Part shown: one piece after another, positions 28,417-37,233 of the stretch
How positions within the stretch are numbered: position 1 is the first letter of the stretch
How the letters are laid out: each line of letters starts with the position of its first letter
From: Candidatus Campbellbacteria bacterium GW2011_OD1_34_28
GTDB lineage: Bacteria; Patescibacteriota; Minisyncoccia; Phycocordibacterales; UBA12079
Reading direction: 5' to 3'
DNA: 64,000 nucleotides
Assembly: GCA_001029775.1 (NCBI GenBank)
Contig: CP011215.1
Location: 490,303 to 554,302 of the forward strand
Notes under the pieces: model-generated
Database searches by the model: none
Told to the model about the DNA's origin: nothing
Seen by the model: the letters and a program-made list of their open reading frames with translations, nothing else
Position numbers and translations under genes: made by a program

Positions 28417-30699
28417 ATGGTAAAAAAAGTTCAAAAAGTTGGAAAAACATCCGATTTTATTAAAAAAGTACAAAAAAGAGACGGAACAGTTGTTTCTTTC
28501 AACGAAGAAAAAATTGTAAATGCTGTTTACAAGGCAATGCTTGTAACAAAAGAAGGATCTGAAAAAGATGCAAGATATATTGCTCACAAGGTTTATGTAG
28601 ATTTGTTGAAAATCGCTAAATTACATAAGACTTTTATTCCTACTATTGAGGGGATTCAAGACTCCGTGGAATCCGAGCTCATTTTGGGAGATTATGTAAA
28701 GACTGCAAAAGCATATATTCTTTACAGAAGAGAAAGAGAAAAATTGAGACAACAGGGGGTTAAGGTACCTGAAAAGGTAAAAATATTGACAGAGGAAAGT
28801 AAAAAGTATTTTAAAAATCCTTTGGCAGAATTTGTTTATTATCGATCTTATTCAAAATGGATAGAAGGAGAAGGTAGAAGAGAGACTTGGGTTGAGACAG
28901 TGGATAGATATATGGGTTTTATGCAAAAAAATCTTGGAAATAGTCTAAAACCTGCAGAATATAAAAAAATAAAAGAATTTATTTTGAGTCAAAAAACAAT
29001 GCCCTCAATGAGATTGATGTGGAGTGCTGGCAATGCTGCAGAAAAGTCTAATGTAACTGGTTACAACTGTTCTTTTATTGCACCTTCAAAACCAGAAGAT
29101 TTTGGAGAAATAATGTATCTATCAATGTGCGGTGCAGGGGTTGGTTTTAGTGCAGAAAGTCATAGCGTTCAAAAATTTCCTCAGATTCAAAAACAAACAG
29201 GAAAGAAGAGACCTTCTTATTTAGTTCCTGACAGTAAAGAGGGTTGGGCTGACGCTTTCGTCTTGGCGGTAAAAACATGGATGGCGGGAGAGGATATCGA
29301 CTTTGATTATTCACAGGTTAGACCAAAGGGGGCAAAACTTAAAACAATGGGTGGAAAAAGTTCGGGACCAGAACCTCTTATGGAATTGATGAGTTTTGCA
29401 AAAGAAAAGATTTTAAGAAAACAGGGGAGAAGATTGAGCAACTTGGATGTCCACGATATTGTTTGCAAGATTGGAGAAATTGTTGTTTCTGGAGGAGTGA
29501 GAAGGACTGCTTTGATATCGTTGTCTGATTTGGACGACAAAGATATGAGATCTGCAAAATTTGGACAATTTTATATTACAGAACCACAAAGAAGTATGGC
29601 AAATAATTCTGCCATCTATAATGAAAAACCAACAAATGTTGAATTTATGGATGAGTGGATAGCCTTGATGAAAAGCGGTTCGGGAGAAAGAGGCATCTTT
29701 AATAGAGGGTCTTTAAAAAACCAAATGCCTGATAGAAGATGGAAGGTTTTTGAAAAAGATTTGGATAGTTGTGGGACAAATCCTTGTGGTGAAATTGTCT
29801 TGAAATCCAAACAATTTTGTAATTTGTCTGAAATAGTTGCTCGTGCGGAAGACACAGAAGCTATTCTTATGGAGAAAGCAAGAATTGCAGCAATTTTGGG
29901 AACTTATCAGTCAACACTGACCAACTTTGGATATCTTTCAAAAGAATGGAAAAAGAATTGTGAGGACGAAAGATTGCTCGGAGTATCAATTACAGGACAG
30001 TGGGATTGTAAGATTTTGAAAGATAATGCAAAACTTTTGCAAAAATTAAAAAATGAAGTTATCAAAACCAACAAAGACTATGCAAAAAGATTTAAAATAA
30101 ATCAGTCTACTTGTACGACTTGTGTAAAACCTTCTGGAACAGTTTCTCAATTGGTAGACGCTTCATCAGGAATGCATCCTCGGCACTCAGAATATTATAT
30201 TAGAAGAGTGAGAATTTCTGCGACAGATAGTTTGTTCAAGATGCTAAAAGATCAAGGAGTTTTGTATCATCCAGAAGTAGGGCAGTCATATGAGAATGCC
30301 AATACTTATGTTTTGGAATTTCCCGTTAAGGCGCCTGCAAAATCTGTTTTCAAAAATGATTTAACAGCAATAGAGCAGTTGGAACACTGGAAATTGGTAA
30401 AAACAAATTATACAGAACACAATCCGTCAGTAACAATTTCTGTTGGTGAAGGTGAATGGATTGAAGTGGGGAATTGGGTTTATTCAAATTGGGATATCGT
30501 CGGGGGGCTTTCGTTTTTACCAAGATCAAACCATGTTTACAAGCTGGCTCCGTATGAAGAAATTGATAAAAAAAGATATGATGAGATGTTGAAGCGATTT
30601 AAAAATATTGATTTCTCAAAGATTGTGACTTATGAAAGAGCCGATGAAACTGAAGGAGCAAAAGAATTGGCTTGTATGGGGGGAGTGTGCGAACTTTAA
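28417..30699 (+). CDS. nrdJ: class II (adenosylcobalamin-dependent) ribonucleotide reductase with N-terminal ATP cone
   Basis: VQKRDG ATP cone, GGVRRTA, TNPCGE, VKPSGT, C-terminal CMGGVC; no beta-subunit gene nearby. Confidence 0.88.
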   Translation: MVKKVQKVGKTSDFIKKVQKRDGTVVSFNEEKIVNAVYKAMLVTKEGSEKDARYIAHKVYVDLLKIAKLHKTFIPTIEGIQDSVESELILGDYVKTAKAYILYRREREKLRQQGVKVPEKVKILTEESKKYFKNPLAEFVYYRSYSKWIEGEGRRETWVETVDRYMGFMQKNLGNSLKPAEYKKIKEFILSQKTMPSMRLMWSAGNAAEKSNVTGYNCSFIAPSKPEDFGEIMYLSMCGAGVGFSAESHSVQKFPQIQKQTGKKRPSYLVPDSKEGWADAFVLAVKTWMAGEDIDFDYSQVRPKGAKLKTMGGKSSGPEPLMELMSFAKEKILRKQGRRLSNLDVHDIVCKIGEIVVSGGVRRTALISLSDLDDKDMRSAKFGQFYITEPQRSMANNSAIYNEKPTNVEFMDEWIALMKSGSGERGIFNRGSLKNQMPDRRWKVFEKDLDSCGTNPCGEIVLKSKQFCNLSEIVARAEDTEAILMEKARIAAILGTYQSTLTNFGYLSKEWKKNCEDERLLGVSITGQWDCKILKDNAKLLQKLKNEVIKTNKDYAKRFKINQSTCTTCVKPSGTVSQLVDASSGMHPRHSEYYIRRVRISATDSLFKMLKDQGVLYHPEVGQSYENANTYVLEFPVKAPAKSVFKNDLTAIEQLEHWKLVKTNYTEHNPSVTISVGEGEWIEVGNWVYSNWDIVGGLSFLPRSNHVYKLAPYEEIDKKRYDEMLKRFKNIDFSKIVTYERADETEGAKELACMGGVCEL

Positions 30700-30730
30700 T
30701 AATCAAATTTAAATTTGATTATTAAAGTTC
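30691..30730. repeat. 40-bp perfect loopless palindrome over nrdJ stop
   Basis: GAACTTTAATAATCAAATTT|AAATTTGATTATTAAAGTTC. Confidence 0.9.
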
Positions 30731-30883
30731 AAGTAGTAAGGTATAAGTAATAAGGTGTAAGCAAAGCAAAAACTTGGGGGGAAATCTCCAGGTTTTTGTT
30801 TTGACAATTTGTTAGAAAAATGTTAAAAATACTGTTAGAAAAAGGACAGCGGGTGTCCTTGTAATTTAAGCAAAGAGGAAATC

Positions 30884-31033
30884 ATGACACTTGAAAAAAG
30901 GTTGCAGAATGGTAAAAGGGTTGTTTCGTTTAAACCCAGTATGGATCTCTTGAACAAGGGTTTCAAGCCAATTTCGCCTCCGGCGATTATGAAGAGTCGC
31001 GGTCGTATCAGTCAAGACAAGAAAGGACGCTGA
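30884..31033 (+). CDS. 49-aa basic orphan peptide (not in ORF track)
   Basis: TTGACA-17-TAAAAT promoter, AGAGGA SD, MTLEKRLQNG...DKKGR*, hairpin at ~31043-31069. Confidence 0.6.
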   Translation: MTLEKRLQNGKRVVSFKPSMDLLNKGFKPISPPAIMKSRGRISQDKKGR

Positions 31034-31123
31034 ACGACAGCAAAAAGGGGACCTTGTAAGGCCCCCTTTAATTTGTCTATAATTAGTTGAAATTTTTAAA
31101 TAATAGTGTAATATATAGTAATT

Positions 31124-31435
31124 ATGAAATTCGCAGTAATAGAAACAGGAGGAAAGCAATACAAAGTCTCAGAAGGAGATGTTGTTAAAATTGAAAAGCT
31201 TTCTGATTATAAAAAAGACGGTAAAGTAACTTTTGATAAAGTACTTCTTATTGATGATGGTAAAACAACAGAAGTAGGAGCGCCATATATCAAAGGAGCA
31301 AAAATTTCCGCTGTCTTCGAAGAAGAAGGAAAAGGAAAAAAAGTTCACATTGTAAAATTTAAATCAAAGAGTAACTATTCAAAGAAGATTGGTCACAGAC
31401 AACCATTTAACAAAATAAAGGTTGAAAAGATATAA
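31124..31435 (+). CDS. rplU: 50S ribosomal protein L21
   Basis: FAVIETGGKQYKV, GHRQ. Confidence 0.97.
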   Translation: MKFAVIETGGKQYKVSEGDVVKIEKLSDYKKDGKVTFDKVLLIDDGKTTEVGAPYIKGAKISAVFEEEGKGKKVHIVKFKSKSNYSKKIGHRQPFNKIKVEKI

Positions 31436-31460
31436 AAAAAGCACCCCTAGGGGTGCTTTT

Positions 31461-31649
31461 TTAGTCGTAGATGTGTAAATATGCTTTGGCAATCTCCCTT
31501 TCCTCGGGAGGCATTTCTTTCATTTTATCAAGAAGATGAGATGTGTTTCCGGTGGAATTTCTTCCGCTAAGAAGACCAAGATGTCTTCTTTCACATACTG
31601 TATGCGGGTAGATTTTCTTGACTGTCTTTTCCGGTTTTTTAGGAGTCAT
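31461..31649 (-). CDS. small orphan protein
   Basis: AAGGAAG SD, shared bidirectional hairpin at 31435-31462. Confidence 0.6.
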   Translation of the reverse strand: MTPKKPEKTVKKIYPHTVCERRHLGLLSGRNSTGNTSHLLDKMKEMPPEEREIAKAYLHIYD

Positions 31650-31764
31650 TTTGATTTCTTCCTTTTAGCAAAATTTAAACTTTGTGAACGAATCTGAGAT
31701 AAATTTTAGCATATTTAAATAAATTTAAAATTGTTTGTTAGCAAGTCTTGAGTAGCAAATTTAA

Positions 31765-32313
31765 CTACTCTACGATTTGTAACTTAGGCCATTTCGAAAG
31801 CCATTGTTTTTTGTTTACTCGATTTATAAAATAATCACGCCCATCTCCAAAATTGGGGGTCATTCTTAGTTTAAGAGAAAATAAATCATCTAAACCGTGA
31901 GGAGCTATTATTTTTAAAGAATCGTCTGGCAACATTACAACTCCAATAGCTGTCGCTGTTTCTGGCCAATGTGTGATAGCATCTGTCGACGAAATATAAT
32001 CAGCCCCCTGATTGTTTATTTTCCCCATTCTTGCTTGATTGGTAACAGACCAATCAGCTTCTAATTTTTCTGAAAGAATCCTTTCGTATTTTTTTTCTGT
32101 CTCTTCTGATAAGTCATTTGGATCAAAATATATAACATCAATATCTGTCATATGTGGTTTGTTTTTAAAATTATGTAATGCATCCCAAACAGGGTTACGG
32201 ACAAATCCAGCTCCGATCAACCAATCAGGAAGATTTAATGTGCGAACAGTTCTTAAGATATCCATTCTCCAAGGATCGTTTTTTATTATATTGACGATAA
32301 AATCTTCGTTCAT
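31765..32313 (-). CDS. nucleotidyltransferase family protein (DUF925-like)
   Basis: WLIGAGFVRN.VWD, DIDVIYFD, NQARM, WPETATAIG, APHGLDDL. Confidence 0.85.
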   Translation of the reverse strand: MNEDFIVNIIKNDPWRMDILRTVRTLNLPDWLIGAGFVRNPVWDALHNFKNKPHMTDIDVIYFDPNDLSEETEKKYERILSEKLEADWSVTNQARMGKINNQGADYISSTDAITHWPETATAIGVVMLPDDSLKIIAPHGLDDLFSLKLRMTPNFGDGRDYFINRVNKKQWLSKWPKLQIVE

Positions 32314-32379
32314 TTTTAAAAGTATATCATTTATATTTTTTACGAAAAGCGTGGGGGCGCTTTTCTTTGACTATGATGA

Positions 32380-32460
32380 CTCGACTTCCAGTTCTAATCG
32401 AAAATTTCGTCTTCACTTCGTTACAACTCATTTTCGATAAGAACTCGCTGTCCCGTCGCT
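32380..32460 (-). repeat. orphan copy of the tRNA-linked core (Ser subtype)
   Basis: minus strand GGGACAGCGAGTTCTTA...TTAGAACTGG matches the Ser element core GGGGCAGCGAGTTCTTA...TTAGAACTGG. Confidence 0.7.
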
Positions 32461-32549
32461 CATATTTTTCTATATACAAAACACCTAGAATTTTTGTTAA
32501 TTTTGTAATATAATTCAAGATATTTTAAGTTTTTAACTTTTGATATTTG

Positions 32550-32621
32550 GGCGTAGTGGCGAAGTGGAAACGCTGTGGTCTGCAAAACCACCATGCGCCG
32601 GTTCGATTCCGGCCTACGCCT
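32550..32621 (+). tRNA. tRNA-Cys(GCA)
   Basis: GGCGTAG/CTACGCC acceptor, GCA anticodon, U73. Confidence 0.95.
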
Positions 32622-32627
32622 CAAAAT

Positions 32628-32709
32628 GCCTGGGTGGCGGAATTGGTATACGCGCACGACTTAAAATCGTGTCTCGCAAGAGATGCGGGTTCGACTCCCG
32701 CCCTAGGCA
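32628..32709 (+). tRNA. tRNA-Leu(TAA)
   Basis: GCCTGGG/CCTAGGC acceptor, TAA anticodon, variable arm. Confidence 0.95.
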
Positions 32710-32746
32710 CATTGAAATTTTTTGAAATTTCAATACAATAGTGTAT

Positions 32747-32945
32747 TATCCGCTCGTAGCTCAGCTGGATGAGAAGCGTTGAAGCTTCGAATCCGAGCGA
32801 AGCGAGGTGGAAGAGTATTCCTTTGAAATGTAAGAGTCGGATGCTAATACACTTAGCATGGACTTCAGAGGTTTTACACAAAAGTAAAAGTAGAGATATC
32901 CGCTCGTAGCTCAGCTTCTGCCAAAGGCAGACAGGGTCCGAGCAA
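32747..32945 (+). repeat. two duplicated 5' fragments of tRNA-Lys with D-loop inserts and an antisense anticodon-arm copy
   Basis: TATCCGCTCGTAGCTCAGCT at 32747, 32897 and 32990; TAAGAGTCGGATGCT at 32831-32845. Confidence 0.85.
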
Positions 32946-32992
32946 CAATCATTGAGACAGACAAGTCTGTAAAATCATCATGGATTTAGTAT

Positions 32993-33065
32993 CCGCTCGT
33001 AGCTCAGCTGGTAGAGCATCCGACTCTTAATCGGCAGGTCGAAGGTTCGATCCCTTCCGAGCGGA
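32993..33065 (+). tRNA. tRNA-Lys(CTT)
   Basis: CCGCTCG/CGAGCGG acceptor, CTT anticodon. Confidence 0.93.
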
Positions 33066-33157
33066 CAAGTAGACCCGAAGGAGGGTAAACGAATTATTAG
33101 ATAATTTTATATTTCTCGTTTTGAATATATTTCAATTTTGAGATTTAAATTTTTAAC

Positions 33158-33316
33158 ATGTCACAAGATCAATTGATAAAACTGGCTTGTCAGAGTTGTA
33201 AAAGAATCAATTACTGGAGCAGAAAAAATAAAAAACTGGTTCAAAAAAAGATTGAATTGAAGAAAAGATGTAAATGGTGTGATAAGCAAACAGTTCACAA
33301 AGAAGTAAAAAAATAA
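33158..33316 (+). CDS. rpmG: 50S ribosomal protein L33 (not in ORF track)
   Basis: MSQDQLIKLACQSCKRINYWSRKNKK...IELKKRCKWCDKQTVHKEVKK. Confidence 0.93.
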   Translation: MSQDQLIKLACQSCKRINYWSRKNKKLVQKKIELKKRCKWCDKQTVHKEVKK

Positions 33317-33374
33317 TTTCAAAATTTAGTCGATACTTTATAAACTTTTAACTTTATAAACTTTCGACTAATTT

Positions 33375-33447
33375 GGGCCTATAGTTTCAATTGGTAAAAC
33401 AGTGGTCTCCAAAACCATCGTTCGAGGTTCGAGTCCTCGTGGGCCCG
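33375..33447 (+). tRNA. tRNA-Trp(CCA)
   Basis: GGGCCTA/TGGGCCC acceptor, CCA anticodon; follows rpmG. Confidence 0.95.
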
Positions 33448-33682
33448 CAAAAAGAAGACCCGCAAGGGTTTTTCTTTTTGTTGGGTCCACGAACAAAGCA
33501 ATCTAAATTGCTTTGTGTAGGACGAGAACGGCGGAGCGGTTTACAATTTTAGTAAAATTTTCCAACAAAGAAAATCTTACTAAAATTGTCGCGAGCCGCG
33601 TCCAGCGATACTTAGACTTTTTGAAACACGAAGTGTTTCAAAAAGACTTAGTAATCGCGGGACAGTCCTCGTGGGCCCGCAA
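33448..33682 (+). repeat. tRNA-linked 3' element (Trp)
   Basis: split antisense end at 33483-33529, core 33530-33663, exact 19-bp direct repeat 33664-33682. Confidence 0.9.
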
Positions 33683-33720
33683 TTTAAAAACTCTCCACAA
33701 AAGTGGAGAGTTTTTAAATT

Positions 33721-34047
33721 CTAGATCTTATGAGATATTTCATCAATACGTTGTCTATTTTTTTCACCTCTGTCAATTTCAAAATCAAAGAAGGGAATCC
33801 TTTTCATTCTTACCTTTGGTTTGATGAATTCTTTGAAGTCTCTTCTTTTTCTTTTTAAAAAATTAATTACAGATTCTTCACTTGTTTCAGGATAAACGGT
33901 AACAAAAATAGTGGCTCTTTTAAAGTCTTTTGAAACACTGGCATCGGTTACAGTTATTAGGGAAGTATAGTTTGATTCTTCCTGTAAAAATTGAGCCGCT
34001 TGATTTCTTATTAGTTCTTTTACTTTGTCCTGTCTTAAATCAGTCAT
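33721..34047 (-). CDS. rbfA: ribosome-binding factor A
   Basis: ITVTDASVSKDF, MKRIPFFDFEID; downstream of infB. Confidence 0.9.
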   Translation of the reverse strand: MTDLRQDKVKELIRNQAAQFLQEESNYTSLITVTDASVSKDFKRATIFVTVYPETSEESVINFLKRKRRDFKEFIKPKVRMKRIPFFDFEIDRGEKNRQRIDEISHKI

Positions 34048-34056
34048 ATATAAATT

Positions 34057-35598
34057 TTATTCTTCTATTAGTATATACGCTTCTATATAATCTCCAGGTG
34101 CGAGATCTTTTTTGGCTTCAATCATTGATCCAAATTCGTCTCCTTCTCTAACCTCTTTTGCTTCTATTTTTTGAGTTTGAAGACCTAAAATTTTTCCTTT
34201 TTCTAATTCAAAATCTCTTCTCGATATTTTTATATTGGCATTTACAGAGATTGCACCTTCTGTTACTTTTCCTCCAATAACTTGTTTGTTTTTTGTTTTG
34301 TTAAATATTTTTAATATCTTTGCTTTTCCGATTATTTTTTCTGTTACAATTTTTGGAGTTTTATTTATAATTTGTTCTTCCAACCATTCTGTCAATTTAT
34401 AAATAATATCAAAGTTTTCAATTTTTATATTATTTTTTTCCGCCAAATCTTTTGCTCCTCGATCAACTTTTACGTTGAACCCGACGATCAGTGTGTTTTT
34501 GTCTCCACCCGCAGTTTGAATATCATTTTCTGTGATATTTCCAACGCCTGTATGGATTGTCTTTAAAATTATTCTGTCAGATTTTATTATGTCTTCTTTT
34601 TTTACAAGTTTTCCAATCTCATTTTGGATAGCTTCAATTGTTCCTAAAACATCTGCTTTGATTATCAAAGGCACAATAACCTTTGAGCTATCTTTTTCAG
34701 AAATATTTTTATCTTTGTTTTTTATTTCTGAACCTATAATTTCTTTGTATTCCTCAACCATTTTTTCTGCTTCTTTTTTTGAAGAAACTATTTTAAATTC
34801 TGCACCAACATTTGGAATTTCTTTAAAACCGACTATTTGAACAGGGCTTGAAAAAGTAGCCGTGCTAACTGTTTCTCCCAAGAAATTTTCCAGTGTTCTT
34901 ATTGAAGCAAATTTATCTTCGCTTGCTATAAAAGATCCAGTTTTCATCGAGCCATCTTTTATTATCAAGGTTGTGCAAACTCCTTTTTGGGCATCCAATT
35001 TTGTTTCCAAAATGTAACCTTCTGCGGGTTTTTCTGCGTCTCCTTGCAATTCTTCCATTTCTGCAATAAGTAGAACCATATCAAGAAGTTCTGGCACTCC
35101 TTGGCCTGTTTTGGCTGAAATAGGGGCCCATGGTATATCTCCTCCGTATCCTTCTATATAAATAGCATTTTCTATTAACTGTGTTTTTGTTTTTTCAATA
35201 TTTGCTCCAGGTTTATCAATTTTGTTGATTGCAACAATAAAAGGAATTCCTGATTTTTTAATTGATTCCAATGCTTCCAAAGTCTGAGGCTTTGGACCTT
35301 CTTCGGCTGAAATTATCAAAATTGCGATGTCAGCAATATTGGCTCCTCTGTGTCGCATTGCTGTGAAAGCAGCATGTCCAGGAGTATCCAAAAATGTTAT
35401 TTTTTTATCACCATTTTTTGATTTGTGAACAACTTCGTAAGCAGAGATGTGTTGGGTAATTCCACCAGCCTCACCTGCAACAACATTTGATTTTCTAATG
35501 TAGTCCAAAAGAGCTGATTTTCCATGATCAATATGACCCATCACAGCTATGATAGGAGGTCTTTCTATTGTATTTTCACTGTGTGTTTTATTTTCCAT
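34057..35598 (-). CDS. infB: translation initiation factor IF-2 (short form without N-terminal domain)
   Basis: RPPIIAVMGHIDHGKS, GGITQH, DTPGH, NKID. Confidence 0.96.
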   Translation of the reverse strand: MENKTHSENTIERPPIIAVMGHIDHGKSALLDYIRKSNVVAGEAGGITQHISAYEVVHKSKNGDKKITFLDTPGHAAFTAMRHRGANIADIAILIISAEEGPKPQTLEALESIKKSGIPFIVAINKIDKPGANIEKTKTQLIENAIYIEGYGGDIPWAPISAKTGQGVPELLDMVLLIAEMEELQGDAEKPAEGYILETKLDAQKGVCTTLIIKDGSMKTGSFIASEDKFASIRTLENFLGETVSTATFSSPVQIVGFKEIPNVGAEFKIVSSKKEAEKMVEEYKEIIGSEIKNKDKNISEKDSSKVIVPLIIKADVLGTIEAIQNEIGKLVKKEDIIKSDRIILKTIHTGVGNITENDIQTAGGDKNTLIVGFNVKVDRGAKDLAEKNNIKIENFDIIYKLTEWLEEQIINKTPKIVTEKIIGKAKILKIFNKTKNKQVIGGKVTEGAISVNANIKISRRDFELEKGKILGLQTQKIEAKEVREGDEFGSMIEAKKDLAPGDYIEAYILIEE

Positions 35599-35742
35599 GT
35601 TGATAAATTTATTACGAAACAATATCTAATTTCTAATTACTAATTTCTAATAAAATGTCCAATTCTTAAATTTTAAAATTTGATATTTAGATTTTTGTTG
35701 GGTATTGGATATTGGTAATTAGAAATTTTAAAAAATAATTTT

Positions 35743-36204
35743 TTATTTTCTTGCTTTTGCTTTTTCCAACACCTCTTTTTCTTCTTCTGTCATTTCGTAT
35801 TCACATTTCCAATTTATTATTGGTTTTGCAAAAACGCTTACTTTTTCTCTCGAGTAAAGAGAAGACAAAATCACTCCGTTTCCATCTTTGTCTACCAATG
35901 CAGTAGCAAAACTCTGATTTCCACCGATACCGTCTCCTTTGAAAGGATTAAATCTTATTGTTTCAATCCCTTGAATAGTATCTCTTATTTCATTATTTAT
36001 AGAAATAATATTTAATTCGGTCTTATCTTTAAATTTAATTAGTTCCGATGTGTCTTCTTCCAATTTTTTTAATCTATCATTTACGATCTTGTCGCTTTTT
36101 ACAGAAGGCAATTTTTTGAATTTTGTTTCAAGCAAAGCAACCCAAGCTATCAAAACAGCCACAATAAAAACCAATATGTAAATAATGAATTGATCGCTAG
36201 ACAT
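35743..36204 (-). CDS. DUF4446-like membrane-anchored protein
   Basis: RFNPF...GGNQSFA...GNGVILSSLYSRE...AKP. Confidence 0.75.
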   Translation of the reverse strand: MSSDQFIIYILVFIVAVLIAWVALLETKFKKLPSVKSDKIVNDRLKKLEEDTSELIKFKDKTELNIISINNEIRDTIQGIETIRFNPFKGDGIGGNQSFATALVDKDGNGVILSSLYSREKVSVFAKPIINWKCEYEMTEEEKEVLEKAKARK

Positions 36205-36318
36205 AGATTTATCTCAAATTATATATAATAAATAGCCTTTTAGAGGCTTACTTTGAGAGATTATACCTTTTGTGACCCAAATAGTAAACCAATTTTAGTG
36301 TGTTATAATTTATCCCAA

Positions 36319-37218
36319 ATGTTTGGATTTGGTGATAAAAAAATAATATTTGCTACTCACAGTAATCGTTTTCATACCGACGATGTTTTTGCTACGGCCG
36401 TCTTGATGTTGTTTCTAAAAGACAAGGAAATTGAGATAGTTAGAACCAGAGATGAAGAAATAATAAAATCTGCCGATTATGTTTACGATGTTGGTGGTAT
36501 TTACGACGAAAGTCTAAACCGGTTTGACCATCATCAAGAGGGAGGAGCGGGGACAAGAAAAAATGGAATCCCGTATTCATCTTTTGGTTTGGTTTGGAAA
36601 AAATTTGGTAAAGAACTTTGTGGTTCCCAAGAAGTTGCAGATTTTTTGGATAAAAAAATTGTTCAGTTTGTAGATGCAATGGATAACGGAATAAAAACTT
36701 TTAAAGAAGATGACGACGAGACAAAGACATATCTGTTCATAGATGCTGTTGATGCTTTCAATCCTTTTTGGCCAGAAGAAGAAAAATTTGATGAAAGATT
36801 TTTAGAAATTGTTGAATTTGCAAAAAGAATTTTGCAAAGAGAAATTGAAAGAGCAAAAAATCTAGAAGATGCAAAATCAATCTTGAAGAAAATTTATGAT
36901 GAGACAGATGACAAGAGAATTATTTATTTAGACAAAAATTATCCTTGGGAAAATATTTTGAACAAATATCCAGAACCTGTTTTTGTAGTAAAAAGTAGGG
37001 GTGAAGGAATGTGTTCTGTAAATTCAGTAAGAGACAATATATATTCTTTTGAAACTAGAAAATTATTTCCAGAAAGTTGGGCAGGGAAGAGTGGCAAGGG
37101 ATTGGCGGATATTACAGGCGTAGAAGATGCTATTTTTTGTCACAATAAACTTTTTATTTGTTCAGCAAAATCAAAAGATGGAGCAGTTAGACTTGCCCAA
37201 TTAGCCCTTGAAGAATAA
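36319..37218 (+). CDS. MYG1 family exonuclease
   Basis: THSNRFHTDD, RTRD, DVGG.YD, FDHHQ, SSFGLVW, FCH. Confidence 0.9.
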   Translation: MFGFGDKKIIFATHSNRFHTDDVFATAVLMLFLKDKEIEIVRTRDEEIIKSADYVYDVGGIYDESLNRFDHHQEGGAGTRKNGIPYSSFGLVWKKFGKELCGSQEVADFLDKKIVQFVDAMDNGIKTFKEDDDETKTYLFIDAVDAFNPFWPEEEKFDERFLEIVEFAKRILQREIERAKNLEDAKSILKKIYDETDDKRIIYLDKNYPWENILNKYPEPVFVVKSRGEGMCSVNSVRDNIYSFETRKLFPESWAGKSGKGLADITGVEDAIFCHNKLFICSAKSKDGAVRLAQLALEE

Positions 37219-37233
37219 ATTTGATTCTAAAAC

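Noticed and set aside
32747-33010. CRISPR array (three 20-bp direct repeats)
   Set aside because: The repeats are tRNA-Lys 5' ends, the spacing is uneven (150 and 93 bp), and there are no cas genes.
33448-33682. Classical integrase-borne genomic island at tRNA-Trp
   Set aside because: Only ~215 bp lie between the tRNA and the direct repeat, there is no integrase, and the inverted tRNA copy is not explained by att recombination; treated as a separate finding.
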